Source: Treponema sp. (GTDB taxonomy: Bacteria; Spirochaetota; Spirochaetia; Treponematales; Treponemataceae). From it: a stretch of DNA of 64,000 bases. This document shows positions 16,730-27,071 of the stretch, one piece after another (position 1 is the first letter of the stretch; each line of letters opens with the position of its first letter). The notes under the pieces are model-generated. The model saw only the letters and a list, made by a program, of their open reading frames with translations, was not told the DNA's origin and made no database searches. The translations under genes were made by a program, and so were the position numbers. The stretch spans positions 1,134-65,133 of the forward strand of contig JAZQQW010000051.1 of assembly GCA_045629255.1 (NCBI GenBank), written 5' to 3'.

Positions 16730-18426
16730 ACTGATGTCCTGTTTGAAATGTTCTGCAGTTCCTGAATGGTAAAGCGTGAAAGCGTTTCTTTGATGATAGG
16801 AATCTGTTTTGGCGCCATGCTGAGGTTTCTGACACCCATTCCGGCTAAAATAATTGCACTTTCTTTTCTTCCGGCCATTTCTCCGCAGACAGAAAGAGGT
16901 ACGTCATATTTTCTTGCATTGTGTATAATAAAATGGAGCAGTCTGATAACGGCGAGGTTGAACTCGTTATAAAGCGGTGCGACAGACGGATTTTCTCTGT
17001 CGACGCCGAGTGTATACTGTGTCAGGTCGTTTGTGCCGACTGAGAAAAACTGTGCCGATTTAGCGAGGCAGTCAGATGTGATAGCGGCTGCTGCAGTTTC
17101 CACCATGATGCCGATAGGTACATCTTTGAACGGTATGTTGTCTTCTTTCAGACTGAGCTGAACACCTTTTGCAATGCCCATGACTGTTTCTACCTGAGAA
17201 ACATCGGTGATGAGCGGAACCATGATTTTGAGATTTCCGTAGACGCTTGCTCTGTAGAGGGCACGCAGCTGTGTCCTGAATACATGTGGATAGAACAGAG
17301 AGAGGCGGATAGCACGAAGTCCCATGAGTGGGTTCTTTTCGTCAGATTCCGGAATGTTCTGGAGGTCTACAGCTTTGTCACCGCCTGCATCGAGTGTACG
17401 GATTGTGACAGGTCTGTCGCCCATTGTCTGAAGAACGTACTTGTATGCTTCAAACTGACGCTCTTCGCTTATGGATGCCAATGTTGATGTTCCGCCTGAT
17501 TCCTGGCCTATGTTATCCATGAAAAGAAATTCTGTTCTGAACAGGCCGATGCCGTCCGCACCTTCGTCCAGAGCGATTTTTGCTTCTTCGACTGTACCGA
17601 TGTTTGCTAAAAGCTTAAAAGTTGTGCCGTCTTTTGTCTGGGCCGGTTTGTCTTTGTATTCTGCAAGCTTTGCGCGGTATTCCTTTTCGTTCTTGATTTT
17701 TTTCTCATAATTGCGGACTGTTTCTGCGTCCGGATTTATGATAAGTTCTCCGAGGTCGCCGTCCATGATAACCTGGTCACCAGTTTTGACGTGTTCTATG
17801 ACTTTGTCCAGTGCTACAACAGAAGGAATTCCGAAACTTCTTGCAAGAATGGCTATATGGCTTGAAACTCCGCCTTCTGTAAGTGCAAGTCCGAGAATCT
17901 TGCGCTTATTCAGGATGAATGCATCGCTTGGTCTCATTGACTGCGCAACAATGATGACATCATCTGGAACTTCTTCAATGTTGAAAGGATGGTAATCAAG
18001 CAGAATGTCCTGAACTCTGCCAAAAACATCTTCGATATCCTGAGCCCTGTCTGCAAGGTATGAATTTCCACTTTTTCTGAGACGGTCTGCGTATTCTGCA
18101 ATCTTTTTTTCCAGAGCATATTCTATATTGTTGCAGTCTTTTTCGAGCAGCTCTTTGAGCTCCTGCAAAAATATAGGATCTGTGAGCATGAGTTCGTAAG
18201 TCTCAAAGATAGCTCTCTGGATATTGTCTTTTGTGAGATTGTTTAACTGTGTATCTATCTGAATCTGAACTTTGTCACAGGCGTCAGAAAATTTTGCCCA
18301 CTCAGTTTCCAGAAAATCTGGAGAAATTGATCTTTTCGGGATAATTCTTTCTTGAGATAATGGCAGAACAAATGCTTTTCCGATACCTGTTCCGGTTGCA
18401 GCTGATAAGCCCAGAATAATATTCAT
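16726..18426 (-). CDS. ptsI: phosphoenolpyruvate-protein phosphotransferase (PTS enzyme I)
   Basis: 566 aa. GGVSSHIAILARSFGIP (active-site His), FRTEFLF, GTNDLTQY. Confidence 0.95.
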   Translation of the reverse strand: MNIILGLSAATGTGIGKAFVLPLSQERIIPKRSISPDFLETEWAKFSDACDKVQIQIDTQLNNLTKDNIQRAIFETYELMLTDPIFLQELKELLEKDCNNIEYALEKKIAEYADRLRKSGNSYLADRAQDIEDVFGRVQDILLDYHPFNIEEVPDDVIIVAQSMRPSDAFILNKRKILGLALTEGGVSSHIAILARSFGIPSVVALDKVIEHVKTGDQVIMDGDLGELIINPDAETVRNYEKKIKNEKEYRAKLAEYKDKPAQTKDGTTFKLLANIGTVEEAKIALDEGADGIGLFRTEFLFMDNIGQESGGTSTLASISEERQFEAYKYVLQTMGDRPVTIRTLDAGGDKAVDLQNIPESDEKNPLMGLRAIRLSLFYPHVFRTQLRALYRASVYGNLKIMVPLITDVSQVETVMGIAKGVQLSLKEDNIPFKDVPIGIMVETAAAAITSDCLAKSAQFFSVGTNDLTQYTLGVDRENPSVAPLYNEFNLAVIRLLHFIIHNARKYDVPLSVCGEMAGRKESAIILAGMGVRNLSMAPKQIPIIKETLSRFTIQELQNISNRTSV

Positions 18427-18745
18427 TCCCTCATATTACCGAGAAATAAACATCTAGTCAATTCTCACTATAGGAAGAAAATCACCTTTAAAAACTCTGA
18501 ATGTGTCTGACATAGTTAAAGCCAAAAATTCTATTTTTTTTAATCAAGAAAGTTAAAAAAACGCAGATTTAGTTTAATGCAGTTTTAAACTTTTAAGTAT
18601 AAACAGAAGAGACATGATTTCGGGTTTTGCAATTTTAAAGAAATGTCACGAGAATTAGATTTTCTGTTAATAAAATCTAGTCCGCGTGACAATTTTTGGA
18701 ATCCTTGAATCAAAACAAGAATTTCTGGGAAAATCGAAATTGGGG

Positions 18746-19522
18746 CTAAAGAAGTTCCTGCCTGTGACGTTCATACAAAAGAACGCCAGTTGCAACGGAA
18801 ACGTTCAGGCTGTCTATCTTGCCGCATGTTGGTATGGACACTATTGCATCGCACTGCTGAGTCAGAAGGCGTGAAATACCGCTGCCTTCGCTTCCCATGA
18901 TAATGCATGTTTTGTCATCAAAGTGTGTTTTCTGGAGTGGAGAACCGTCGGCGTCTGCCCCGTAAATCCAGAAACCTGATTCTTTAAGCATTTCTACAGA
19001 ACGTGCGAGATTTGTGACGATGGAAACATTTACGTATGCGCTGGAACCGGCGCTGGATCGTGCAATGATTTCATTGTCCTGTATGTCTGAGGCACTGTGC
19101 CGTTCTGGGATTACCAGAAGAGAAGCGCCGAACTGGTCAAGCGAACGGATTATGGCTCCTACGTTATGAGGGTCTGTAACATTGTCCAGAACGACTACTG
19201 TTGCGTGTTCTGGGCAGCAGGAAAGCCACTGATCCAGCTGTACGAAGTTCGATGTTTTTTCTTTTTCACCGTCGGCAATGAGAACTATGCCTCTGTGATC
19301 CTGTGCCTGCTGCGGCAGGTGTTTGACGATAGCGTCAAGAGCTTTGTCATCAAGCTGTTCGCACGGTATATTGTATTCTTTTGCAAGAGCAATGATTTTT
19401 TTAATTCTCGGACCTGGTTTTGAAAAGCAAAGTCGGAGGGTTGCGCTGTGTTTTTTTTCTGCTCCGTAATGTCTTACGCGCTCTTCGACTGCATGAAATC
19501 CTGTGTATGTGTTCTGTGCCAT
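18746..19522 (-). CDS. rlmB: TrmH/SpoU-family 23S rRNA 2'-O-methyltransferase (RlmB-like)
   Basis: 258 aa. DNVTDPHNVGAIIRS, IIMGSEGSGIS, IPTCGKIDSLNVSVATGVLLYE. Confidence 0.8.
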   Translation of the reverse strand: MAQNTYTGFHAVEERVRHYGAEKKHSATLRLCFSKPGPRIKKIIALAKEYNIPCEQLDDKALDAIVKHLPQQAQDHRGIVLIADGEKEKTSNFVQLDQWLSCCPEHATVVVLDNVTDPHNVGAIIRSLDQFGASLLVIPERHSASDIQDNEIIARSSAGSSAYVNVSIVTNLARSVEMLKESGFWIYGADADGSPLQKTHFDDKTCIIMGSEGSGISRLLTQQCDAIVSIPTCGKIDSLNVSVATGVLLYERHRQELL

Positions 19523-19662
19523 AATCTGTCTGCTTTTAGTTAATGATAGCTTAAAAAAAAGACTTACTTGGGCTGCCTGCGGTTTTTCATGCTTTATAAA
19601 AATCTGCCGGTAACATGTAAATCTAAGATTTTTTAAAGGCTCGTTTTAAGAAAGGAAACTTA

Positions 19663-19731
19663 TTATTGCGTCAGGTTTACGCCGGACGCAATAATTTAGG
19701 GGACTTCTAAAAAACAGAAGTTTTTTAGAAG
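19663..19731 (-). terminator. two long perfect hairpins downstream of ychJ
   Basis: TTATTGCGTC-12 nt-GACGCAATAA (19663-19694) and CTTCTAAAAAAC-agaa-GTTTTTTAGAAG (19704-19731). U-tracts are weak. Confidence 0.4.
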
Positions 19732-19749
19732 CGCTATACTTTTATAAGG

Positions 19750-20256
19750 TTATGCGTTTTTGCCGCAGCAATTCTTGTACTTCTTGCCGCTGCCACATGG
19801 ACATGGTTCGTTACGGCCGACTTTTTTGCCTTCACGTACAACTGTTGTCGGGCGGAGAAGACCTTCGCTGTACAACCATTCGCCGTTTACTTTTCTAAAG
19901 CCTGCGATTTCGTGGTGTGTATCACGGATGCCTTTCTGTGTATAAATACATTCGAACTCAACGATACCTTCTGTATCGTCAGCGCCGCCTTTTTCTGTGC
20001 GCAAGATCTTGAGACCGTGCCAAGTACTGTTATTGCTCCAGTCTTCTGTTGCTTTGCGGTCTATTTCTGCTATTTTTTCACCTGTTTCACATGTGTTGAT
20101 GATGAAATCAATTTCATGTTTTACATAAGCTGAATATCTTGCTCTCATGAGAGCTTCTGGTGTCTGGGCTTTCTGTGTACCCTTGTGAAGTGGTTCGCAG
20201 CATTCACTGTATTTTTTGCCGCTGCCACATGGACATAAATCGTTCTTTTCGCTCAT
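19750..20256 (-). CDS. ychJ: YchJ-family protein with SEC-C motifs at both ends
   Basis: 168 aa. [13 protein letters not shown] at the N-terminus and [14 protein letters not shown] at the C-terminus. Confidence 0.85.
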   Translation of the reverse strand: MSEKNDLCPCGSGKKYSECCEPLHKGTQKAQTPEALMRARYSAYVKHEIDFIINTCETGEKIAEIDRKATEDWSNNSTWHGLKILRTEKGGADDTEGIVEFECIYTQKGIRDTHHEIAGFRKVNGEWLYSEGLLRPTTVVREGKKVGRNEPCPCGSGKKYKNCCGKNA

Positions 20257-20345
20257 AATGCGGACAGTATATCAACTTAAATAAATTAAGGCAATTATTT
20301 GACGTACACATTTAAATTCGAACTTATCTTTGTTATAATATCGTT

Positions 20346-21245
20346 ATGACGCTAGAAGATGTGCTTGCATTTATTGGCAGTAAAAAGAGTATTCCGGAAG
20401 ACACAAAGGCTTATCTTACTTCTCTTGATCTCCCTGATACATGGGCAATAGTTGTCGCAATCATTGGAGTTGAGCTGCACGGAGTTGACAGCCTCAAAAC
20501 TTTACGCAGTGACCTGGAGTTTGTTTACGAAGATGTAAAAAAAGATCTTGATCCTGAAAATTATTTTGATAAAGCAGTGGGCGACACTGTTCAGGAAGAT
20601 GCAGTGAGTTTTGTGTTTGACAATGAGCTTATCCGTGAAAGCATGAAATGCGGTTTTTATCCTATGTCAATCACTGTGGACGGGTGTAATCTTCTGACTG
20701 TCAGATATCATCTGTCAAAGTGTGTCATAACGTTTGACAAACTTCATATTCCACATAATACTGCAAGGTACATCCGAAATAACTTTGCTGATTACGTACT
20801 GACTTTTAACAGAGATTATACAGGGTGCATAAAGGCTGTACTGGAAGCATATCCTGACAACTGGCTGTGTCCTGAACTTTTGAATGAATTTGAGGATATC
20901 TTCAGAAATCCTGATTCTTGTGTGAGCATGAATTCTGTTGAAATCTGGCATGACGGCAAGCTTGTCGCCGGAGAAATAGGTTTTATCACCGGAAATGTCT
21001 ATGCAAGTCTTACAGGTTTTCACCGTGAAAAAAATATTGGCACTGTACAGATGTCAGTACTTGGACTTTATCTGAAAGAAAATGGATTTGCATATTGGGA
21101 TCTGGGGATGTCTATTCCGTATAAGTACAGGTACGGTGCGTGTGACTGTGACCGCGACGAGCAGGAGAGGCTTATGTCTACAATACAGAAAGACAGGCTG
21201 GAATTCACAAAGAGGGAAATTCCACTTGTTGAATTTTTGAGTTAA
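20346..21245 (+). CDS. divergent leucyl/phenylalanyl-tRNA-protein transferase (Aat)-family paralogue with ~90-aa N-terminal extension
   Basis: 299 aa. By-eye alignment to Aat: GFYPMS vs GIFPWF, LHIPHNTARYIRN vs LHISRSMKRF, SVEIWHDGKLVAGEIGF vs SIEVWxxxxLVGGxYGV, FAYWDLGM vs KLIDCQV. Confidence 0.55.
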   Translation: MTLEDVLAFIGSKKSIPEDTKAYLTSLDLPDTWAIVVAIIGVELHGVDSLKTLRSDLEFVYEDVKKDLDPENYFDKAVGDTVQEDAVSFVFDNELIRESMKCGFYPMSITVDGCNLLTVRYHLSKCVITFDKLHIPHNTARYIRNNFADYVLTFNRDYTGCIKAVLEAYPDNWLCPELLNEFEDIFRNPDSCVSMNSVEIWHDGKLVAGEIGFITGNVYASLTGFHREKNIGTVQMSVLGLYLKENGFAYWDLGMSIPYKYRYGACDCDRDEQERLMSTIQKDRLEFTKREIPLVEFLS

Positions 21246-21312
21246 AATAGGCACTTCTAAAATTGCGTTTTTGGGATAATTATCAGGTGTCTTTTGGACT
21301 GAGGTATAGAAA

Positions 21313-21624
21313 ATGGAAAATAATTCAGAATATGACGAGCTTGCAGAGTCTAATATTGCAGAGGATTTTGAACTGCCGCCACAGTTTAAAGTTATTTTAC
21401 ATAATGATGATTTTACGACAAAAGATTTTGTTGTTGAGATATTGATGTCTATATTTAAAAAAACTGAGCAGGAAGCAGAATCTGTTATGAACGAAGTTCA
21501 TGTTCACGGCAAAGGAGTTGCAGGAATTTATCCGTATGATGTTGCTGCGACGAGGGCAACTCAGACGATGAAAAAAGCACGTGCCGAGGGATTTCCGCTT
21601 CAGTGCACATTGGAGAAATGCTGA
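21313..21624 (+). CDS. clpS: ATP-dependent Clp protease adaptor ClpS
   Basis: 103 aa. PPQFKVILHNDDFTTKDFVVEIL...EAESVMNEVHVHGKGVAG. Confidence 0.9.
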   Translation: MENNSEYDELAESNIAEDFELPPQFKVILHNDDFTTKDFVVEILMSIFKKTEQEAESVMNEVHVHGKGVAGIYPYDVAATRATQTMKKARAEGFPLQCTLEKC

Positions 21625-23909
21625 TGAAACTTGACAATCAGTTAAATGATCTTTTGGATTATACAAAGCATTTCGGACGGGAAAAAGGTTTCGAGTTTAT
21701 AACTCCGGAACTTGTACTTTTCTGTTCGATAGATTATCCGGAGCCGGCTGCAATTTTTGAAGTATGCAATGTAAACGAAGCCGGCCTCAGAAAAGACCTT
21801 TTGGAATATCTTGGAAAGAATTTTCCGCCGAAATCTGTGGATTATTCTTTGAGTGCGGCTTCTCCTGAGCATTCGTATGCTTTGAATGAAGTCCTGGATT
21901 TTGCTGTAGCACAGAGTTTAAATGCTGAAAAAACTGTCGTTTCCGTGGGACAGTTTCTGGTGGCACTCTATGATAACGAGAATCTGTATGGTTCTTATAT
22001 TCTCAAAAAAAACGGGCTTGAACGAGTTGAGCTTTTGTCTGCAATTTCTGAATTTGAGGCAGATGTAGACAGTGCTCCGGAACAGGATGCTGATTTTGAG
22101 CCGATGAGTTTTGTATCTGAGCCGCCTGAAAAAGACTCTCCGGAAAAGATTCTGGATAACTATGCTCAGAATCTGACTGCTATGGCAAAAGAAGGCAAAC
22201 TTGATACTCTTATCGGACGCGAAGATGTTCTTGATCGTACAATTGATGTGCTTTGCCGCAGGACAAAAAACAATCCGATTCATGTCGGTGATTCCGGAGT
22301 CGGCAAAACTTCGATAACAGAAGGTCTTGCACAGAGAATTGTCAGTGGTAATGTTCCTGATTTCCTCAAAGGTTTTGAGATTTATTCTGTGGAAATGGGC
22401 TCTCTTATTGCTGGAACTAAGTTTCGCGGTGAGTTCGAAAAACGCCTTAAAAGCATTGTCAGCGCAATGACCAAGAAAAAGAAAGCCATTCTCTTTATCG
22501 ATGAAATACATACTCTTGTCGGAGCCGGCTCAGGCGGTTCTGGAAGCCTGGATGCTGCAAACATACTTAAACCGGCACTCTCTAAAGGAAACTTGCGTTG
22601 CATAGGCTCTACGACATTTGAAGAGTATGCAAAGCATTTTGAAAAAGACAGGGCTCTTGCACGTCGTTTCCAGAAAATAGATGTTCTGGAGCCGGACAGG
22701 GAAGACTGTATAAAAATCCTCAGGGGAATTGCGCCGAAATATGAGGATTTTCATAAGGTCAAGTATTCTGCGGACAGCATAACGAGCGCAGTTGATTTGT
22801 CTGTGCAGTTTTTTACAGAACGCAGGCTTCCAGATAAAGCTATCGACGTACTGGATGAGGCTGGAGTTTATGTCCGTCTGCACAAAAATCATGGTGCAGG
22901 TACAAAGACACCTTCTGTTACTGTGAACGATGTGCGTCGTGTTGTGGCAAAAACTGCCCGTATTCCACTTGAGAATATTACGCTCAAAGAAAAAGAAAAG
23001 CTTAGGGATATAGAATCGAACCTGAACAAAGAGATTTTCGGGCAGCAGGATGCCGTTCATGCAGTTTCTGTTGCCGTCAAAAAAGCACGTGCCGGTTTCC
23101 GTGATATTGAAAAGCCTGAAGCGAGTTTCCTTTTTGTCGGTCCTACAGGTGTCGGCAAAACCGAACTTGCAAAAGTCCTTGCACAGACTCTGGGTGTAAA
23201 GCTTCTGCGTTTTGATATGAGCGAATATCAGGAATCGTATACAATCAGCCGTCTTATCGGTTCGGCTCCGGGATATGTAGGTTATGAAAACGGAGGCGTA
23301 CTTACAGATGCGGTCCGCAAAGACCCTCATGCCGTGATTTTGTTTGATGAAATAGAAAAAGCTCACGAAGACATTTACAACACTCTGCTTCAGGTGCTTG
23401 ACTACGGAACTTTGACAGATACTCAGGGAAGAAAAGCTGATTTCCGCAATTGCATGATTATCTTTACAAGCAATGCCGGCGCACGTGATATGGGAAAATC
23501 TTCTGTCGGATTTGACAGCGGCGACAAAATAGGTGCAAATGACAGATTTATTTTGAAAGACGCTGTAGAAAAAGTGTTTACGCCGGAGTTCAGAAACAGG
23601 CTTGATTCCATAATTTACTTTGGTCATCTGAGTAAAGAAGTCTCTCTCAGCATTGCAAAAAAAGCTGTTTCTAAAATTGCACAGAGACTTGTTGCAAAAT
23701 CTGTCAGACTTGAAGTGTCGGATTCTGTTCTCGAATACATTGCGGAGAACGGATGCAGTTCTGAGTTCGGGGCAAGAAACATCATGCGCTTTGCTGAGGA
23801 AAAAATAGCATCGCCTCTGGTTGATGAAGTTCTGTTTGGCAGACTGTCCGGCGGTGGAGTAATAAGGGCAGACATGAAAGATGGTGCTGTTATATGGAAT
23901 CAGAACTGA
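21618..23909 (+). CDS. clpA: ATP-dependent Clp protease ATP-binding subunit ClpA
   Basis: Two AAA modules ([33 protein letters not shown]). I chose the ATG at 21618 behind GGAG, overlapping the clpS stop by 7 nt; the track start is 21603. Confidence 0.95.
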   Translation: MLMKLDNQLNDLLDYTKHFGREKGFEFITPELVLFCSIDYPEPAAIFEVCNVNEAGLRKDLLEYLGKNFPPKSVDYSLSAASPEHSYALNEVLDFAVAQSLNAEKTVVSVGQFLVALYDNENLYGSYILKKNGLERVELLSAISEFEADVDSAPEQDADFEPMSFVSEPPEKDSPEKILDNYAQNLTAMAKEGKLDTLIGREDVLDRTIDVLCRRTKNNPIHVGDSGVGKTSITEGLAQRIVSGNVPDFLKGFEIYSVEMGSLIAGTKFRGEFEKRLKSIVSAMTKKKKAILFIDEIHTLVGAGSGGSGSLDAANILKPALSKGNLRCIGSTTFEEYAKHFEKDRALARRFQKIDVLEPDREDCIKILRGIAPKYEDFHKVKYSADSITSAVDLSVQFFTERRLPDKAIDVLDEAGVYVRLHKNHGAGTKTPSVTVNDVRRVVAKTARIPLENITLKEKEKLRDIESNLNKEIFGQQDAVHAVSVAVKKARAGFRDIEKPEASFLFVGPTGVGKTELAKVLAQTLGVKLLRFDMSEYQESYTISRLIGSAPGYVGYENGGVLTDAVRKDPHAVILFDEIEKAHEDIYNTLLQVLDYGTLTDTQGRKADFRNCMIIFTSNAGARDMGKSSVGFDSGDKIGANDRFILKDAVEKVFTPEFRNRLDSIIYFGHLSKEVSLSIAKKAVSKIAQRLVAKSVRLEVSDSVLEYIAENGCSSEFGARNIMRFAEEKIASPLVDEVLFGRLSGGGVIRADMKDGAVIWNQN

Positions 23910-24652
23910 TAAATCCGGATTATATTTACGAGTTCCCGGAACCTGGAACTCAGTATAAAATGTTCGGCGATTCTATCTGTGCAATTACAGAAGATATAGA
24001 TTTACAGGTGCTGTATTCTGCATATATGCAGGGGGTGTTTCCGTGGTTTTCGGAGGACGACGGTGAACCTGTTGTGTGGCATTCTACCGACCCTCGTTTT
24101 TGTCTTGTTCCGAAAGATTTCCATATCCCGAAGAGCGTTCTGAAATTTCTCAAGCATACACCGTACAGATATACAATGGACATTTGTTTTGAACGCGTGA
24201 TACGTGAATGTTCCCTTGCAAAAAGAGATGGGCAGAACGGGACATGGATTGGCAGGAAAATCATTGACTCGTATACAGAATTTCACAAGGCAGGTTATGC
24301 ACACAGTTTTGAAGTCTGGGAAGACGGCATTCTTGTCGGCGGATTTTATGGTGTGCTTATAGGAAGTGTGTTCTGCGGAGAGAGTATGTTTACAAAAAAA
24401 AGCGACAGTTCCAAAAGTGCTTTTGTACTTTTTATGCAGACTTTTATAGAGTGCGGAGGACTTCTTCTGGACAGTCAGAGCTATACAGGTAACATGGCAA
24501 GATATGGTACCAAAAATATCAGCCGCGATGCTTTTTTGCGTCTTGAACAGAATGCTCTGTTTGTGCCTCTGAAAAAAGACCTCAAAGCTGAGTTTCTGAA
24601 AAAAGTCTCAAAGTATCCGGTAAAGACAGAACATCCTGAAGTTTCATGCTGA
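23894..24652 (+). CDS. aat: leucyl/phenylalanyl-tRNA-protein transferase
   Basis: 252 aa. GVFPWF, GTWI, SFEVWEDGILVGGFYGVLIGSVFCGESMF, LLLDSQ. Overlaps the clpA end by 16 nt. Confidence 0.9.
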   Translation: MESELINPDYIYEFPEPGTQYKMFGDSICAITEDIDLQVLYSAYMQGVFPWFSEDDGEPVVWHSTDPRFCLVPKDFHIPKSVLKFLKHTPYRYTMDICFERVIRECSLAKRDGQNGTWIGRKIIDSYTEFHKAGYAHSFEVWEDGILVGGFYGVLIGSVFCGESMFTKKSDSSKSAFVLFMQTFIECGGLLLDSQSYTGNMARYGTKNISRDAFLRLEQNALFVPLKKDLKAEFLKKVSKYPVKTEHPEVSC

Positions 24653-24802
24653 ATTTTTACATACACGGAGCTCTGAAAATGCTTATCCTGTAAAAGGTTC
24701 TGAAATTTCGTTTTTGAGCCTGGCAGGCAATGGAATAATTGTTCTTAGAGTTGTTCCATATATGTTGAAGTCTATTGTTTTTTTCGATAAAATATCCGTA
24801 TT

Positions 24803-25675
24803 ATGGATAAATTGAAGATACTTTTGGCAAAAGGCAGAATTTATGAATCTGTCTATCAGCTTTTGAGCGATGTAGGCATTTCTATATATCTCCCTGACCG
24901 CACTTATTTTCCAAAAACAAATCAGGAAGATCTCGCTTTTCAGGTTGTAAAACCTCAGATTGTTTCAAATCTTCTTGCAGGAGAAAGAGCTGACGTTGGA
25001 TTTTCCGGTAAAGACTGGGTTTATGAAAACGGAGTTCAGGATGACGTTGAAGAAATTATGGATTTGGGTTTTGACCCTGTCCGCATTGTTGCCGCAATTC
25101 CTGAGCCTTTTGATTTCAATGAGCTTATTTCGAAGCCTGTAACAATCGCAACTGAGTATCAGAAGCTCAGCAGCAAATGGATTGAAGACAAGAAAATCAA
25201 GGGAACTATTTTCCGTACATGGGGTACAAGCGAAGGCTTTGTCCAGGACAATGAGGAATCTATTGCACAGATTCTGATTGACAATACAAGTACTGGTTCT
25301 TCTCTGCATGCAAATCATCTCAAGATTGTTGATACAATCATGGAATCATCAACACGCATGTATGCAAGCAAGACTGCAATGAAAGATCCTGTCAAAAAAC
25401 AGAAAATCATGGAACTCAAGATGCTGTTTGAGACAGTTTTGAATGCACGTTCAAGAGTTATGCTTGAGATGAATGTTTCTGAAGATAAATTTGACACACT
25501 TGTAAAAGGTCTTCCTTCAATGAAGAGTCCGACTGTAAGTCCTCTTTTTGGCGGCAATGGCTATGCAATCAAGATTGCTGTCAAGAAAGGCGATGTTCCG
25601 ACACTTCTGCCGAAACTTCAGTCTCTTGGAGCAACTGACATAGTTGAGTATGAACTTCGCAAAGTAATGGTCTGA
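24803..25675 (+). CDS. hisG: ATP phosphoribosyltransferase, long form
   Basis: 290 aa. LAKGRIYES..., ADVGFSGKDWV, a C-terminal regulatory domain, adjacent to hisB. Confidence 0.85.
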   Translation: MDKLKILLAKGRIYESVYQLLSDVGISIYLPDRTYFPKTNQEDLAFQVVKPQIVSNLLAGERADVGFSGKDWVYENGVQDDVEEIMDLGFDPVRIVAAIPEPFDFNELISKPVTIATEYQKLSSKWIEDKKIKGTIFRTWGTSEGFVQDNEESIAQILIDNTSTGSSLHANHLKIVDTIMESSTRMYASKTAMKDPVKKQKIMELKMLFETVLNARSRVMLEMNVSEDKFDTLVKGLPSMKSPTVSPLFGGNGYAIKIAVKKGDVPTLLPKLQSLGATDIVEYELRKVMV

Positions 25676-25681
25676 TGTCTT

Positions 25682-26302
25682 ATGGAAAGAATTGCAACAA
25701 TCGAACGCAACACACGCGAAACTCAGATAACACTGACTCTTAATCTGGACGGACACGGTGAATGCCATGTAAAAAACCCGATAGGTTTTTTTGATCATCT
25801 GCTTAAGTCATTCTGCAAGCACGGTATGTTTAATCTTGAAGGCGAGCTGCACGGTGATCTTGAAGTAGATGAACATCATTTGATAGAAGATACAGGCATT
25901 ACTCTCGGTATGTGTTTTGCAAAAGCTCTCGGAGACTGCGCAGGTATTGCCAGAAGCGGTTTCTTTATTTACCCGATGGACGAAAGTCTTTTGCAGGCAA
26001 GTGTTGATTTTGGCGGACGTCCGTTCCTCGTTTGCAATTCTGATCTTACAGGTATTCCTCTGGTATCTGTAGGACAGGACGGAAAGCAGTCTAGTTTTCA
26101 GACTGACTGCTTTGAAGATTTCTGGCAGGGATTTGTGACTTCTGCCCGCTGTAATCTTCATCTGGATACAATACGCGGCAGAAGTGATCATCACAAGATG
26201 GAAGGTCTGTTTAAGGCTGCCGCACGTGCAATACGCAGTGCCGTAGAGATAGACTTGCGCCGAAATGGTGAAATTCCATCCACAAAAGGTGTAATCGTAT
26301 AG
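25682..26302 (+). CDS. hisB: imidazoleglycerol-phosphate dehydratase
   Basis: 206 aa. RNTRETQITLTLNLDG, DEHHLIEDTGI, SDHHKMEGLFKA. Confidence 0.95.
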   Translation: MERIATIERNTRETQITLTLNLDGHGECHVKNPIGFFDHLLKSFCKHGMFNLEGELHGDLEVDEHHLIEDTGITLGMCFAKALGDCAGIARSGFFIYPMDESLLQASVDFGGRPFLVCNSDLTGIPLVSVGQDGKQSSFQTDCFEDFWQGFVTSARCNLHLDTIRGRSDHHKMEGLFKAAARAIRSAVEIDLRRNGEIPSTKGVIV

Positions 26303-26385
26303 GTTATCTCTAAAAAATTGCCGGAGGGGAGTTTTTCGAGTTTAAGTCCTTGAAATACAGGACTTAGAAATTCGCTTTTTAACGT

Positions 26386-26418
26386 GCTCTAAAATTGCAG
26401 ATTTTAGAGCCTTTCTCT
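26386..26418 (+). terminator. hairpin terminator candidate after hisB
   Basis: GCTCTAAAAT-tgcag-ATTTTAGAGC (perfect 10 bp) followed by CTTTCTCT. Confidence 0.45.
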
Positions 26419-26573
26419 AAGATCTTCTCTGTAAATTATGAATAAGGTACCTGGCGAGCTTAAAGCTGCTGATTGACTGCGGCTTTAAGCATCGCATTTT
26501 TTTAAATATAAAAGTTCAGACAGAAAATTTGCTGTCTGAAGTAAAAAAAATGTTTTTGGGAGGATCTAAGCTT

Positions 26574-27071
26574 ATGGATGACAATGAAGAGATTTTGAAT
26601 TTGCTGCGTGATAACGCGAGACTGTCGGTAGAAGACATTTCTGCGATGACAAAAAGGACTCCGGCCGAAGTTGAAGCCATTATCCGCAAATTTGAAAATG
26701 ACGGCATTATTATGAAGTACGCCGCAATCATTAATCCAGAGAAAGATTCGGCCTCCAAAAACAAAGTCAAAGCCGAGATAGAGCTTCAGGTTGTTCCTGA
26801 GCGCGAGCATGGATATGACGGAATTGCAGATAGAATATACCGTTTTCCGCAGGTAAAGTCCCTCTATGTTATGAGTGCCGACAGCTACAGTCTAAAAGTT
26901 GTCCTTGAAGGAGACACAATTCAGGACATTGCAAACTTTGTTACAAGAAAGCTTGCAACACTTAAAGGTGTAAGTGCAACAAGAACGCACTTTATTCTCA
27001 AAACATATAAAGAGAATGACATTGTTTATGTAGAAGAAAAATCAGACAGTCGCGAAGGAGTTATGGCATAA
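26574..27071 (+). CDS. Lrp/AsnC-family transcriptional regulator
   Basis: NEEILNLLRDNARLSVEDISAMTKRTPAEVEAIIRKFENDGII is a helix-turn-helix followed by a RAM-like domain. I chose ATG 26574 behind GGGAGG; the track start is TTG at 26529. Confidence 0.85.
   Translation: MDDNEEILNLLRDNARLSVEDISAMTKRTPAEVEAIIRKFENDGIIMKYAAIINPEKDSASKNKVKAEIELQVVPEREHGYDGIADRIYRFPQVKSLYVMSADSYSLKVVLEGDTIQDIANFVTRKLATLKGVSATRTHFILKTYKENDIVYVEEKSDSREGVMA

Noticed and set aside
18427-18745. 320-bp spacer between rlmB and ptsI as a possible small-RNA locus
   Set aside because: It is AT-rich with no stable stem-loops, promoter-terminator pair or recognisable RNA-family motifs that I could see.
22530-23627. 365-aa minus-strand ORF
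   Set aside because: It is entirely antisense to the well-supported clpA gene, with a Cys/Phe/Arg-rich unnatural composition. It is a shadow ORF.
24653-24802. Possible his leader, attenuator or T-box upstream of hisG
   Set aside because: I found no His-codon-rich leader peptide, no specifier or T-box sequence and no convincing alternative hairpins.
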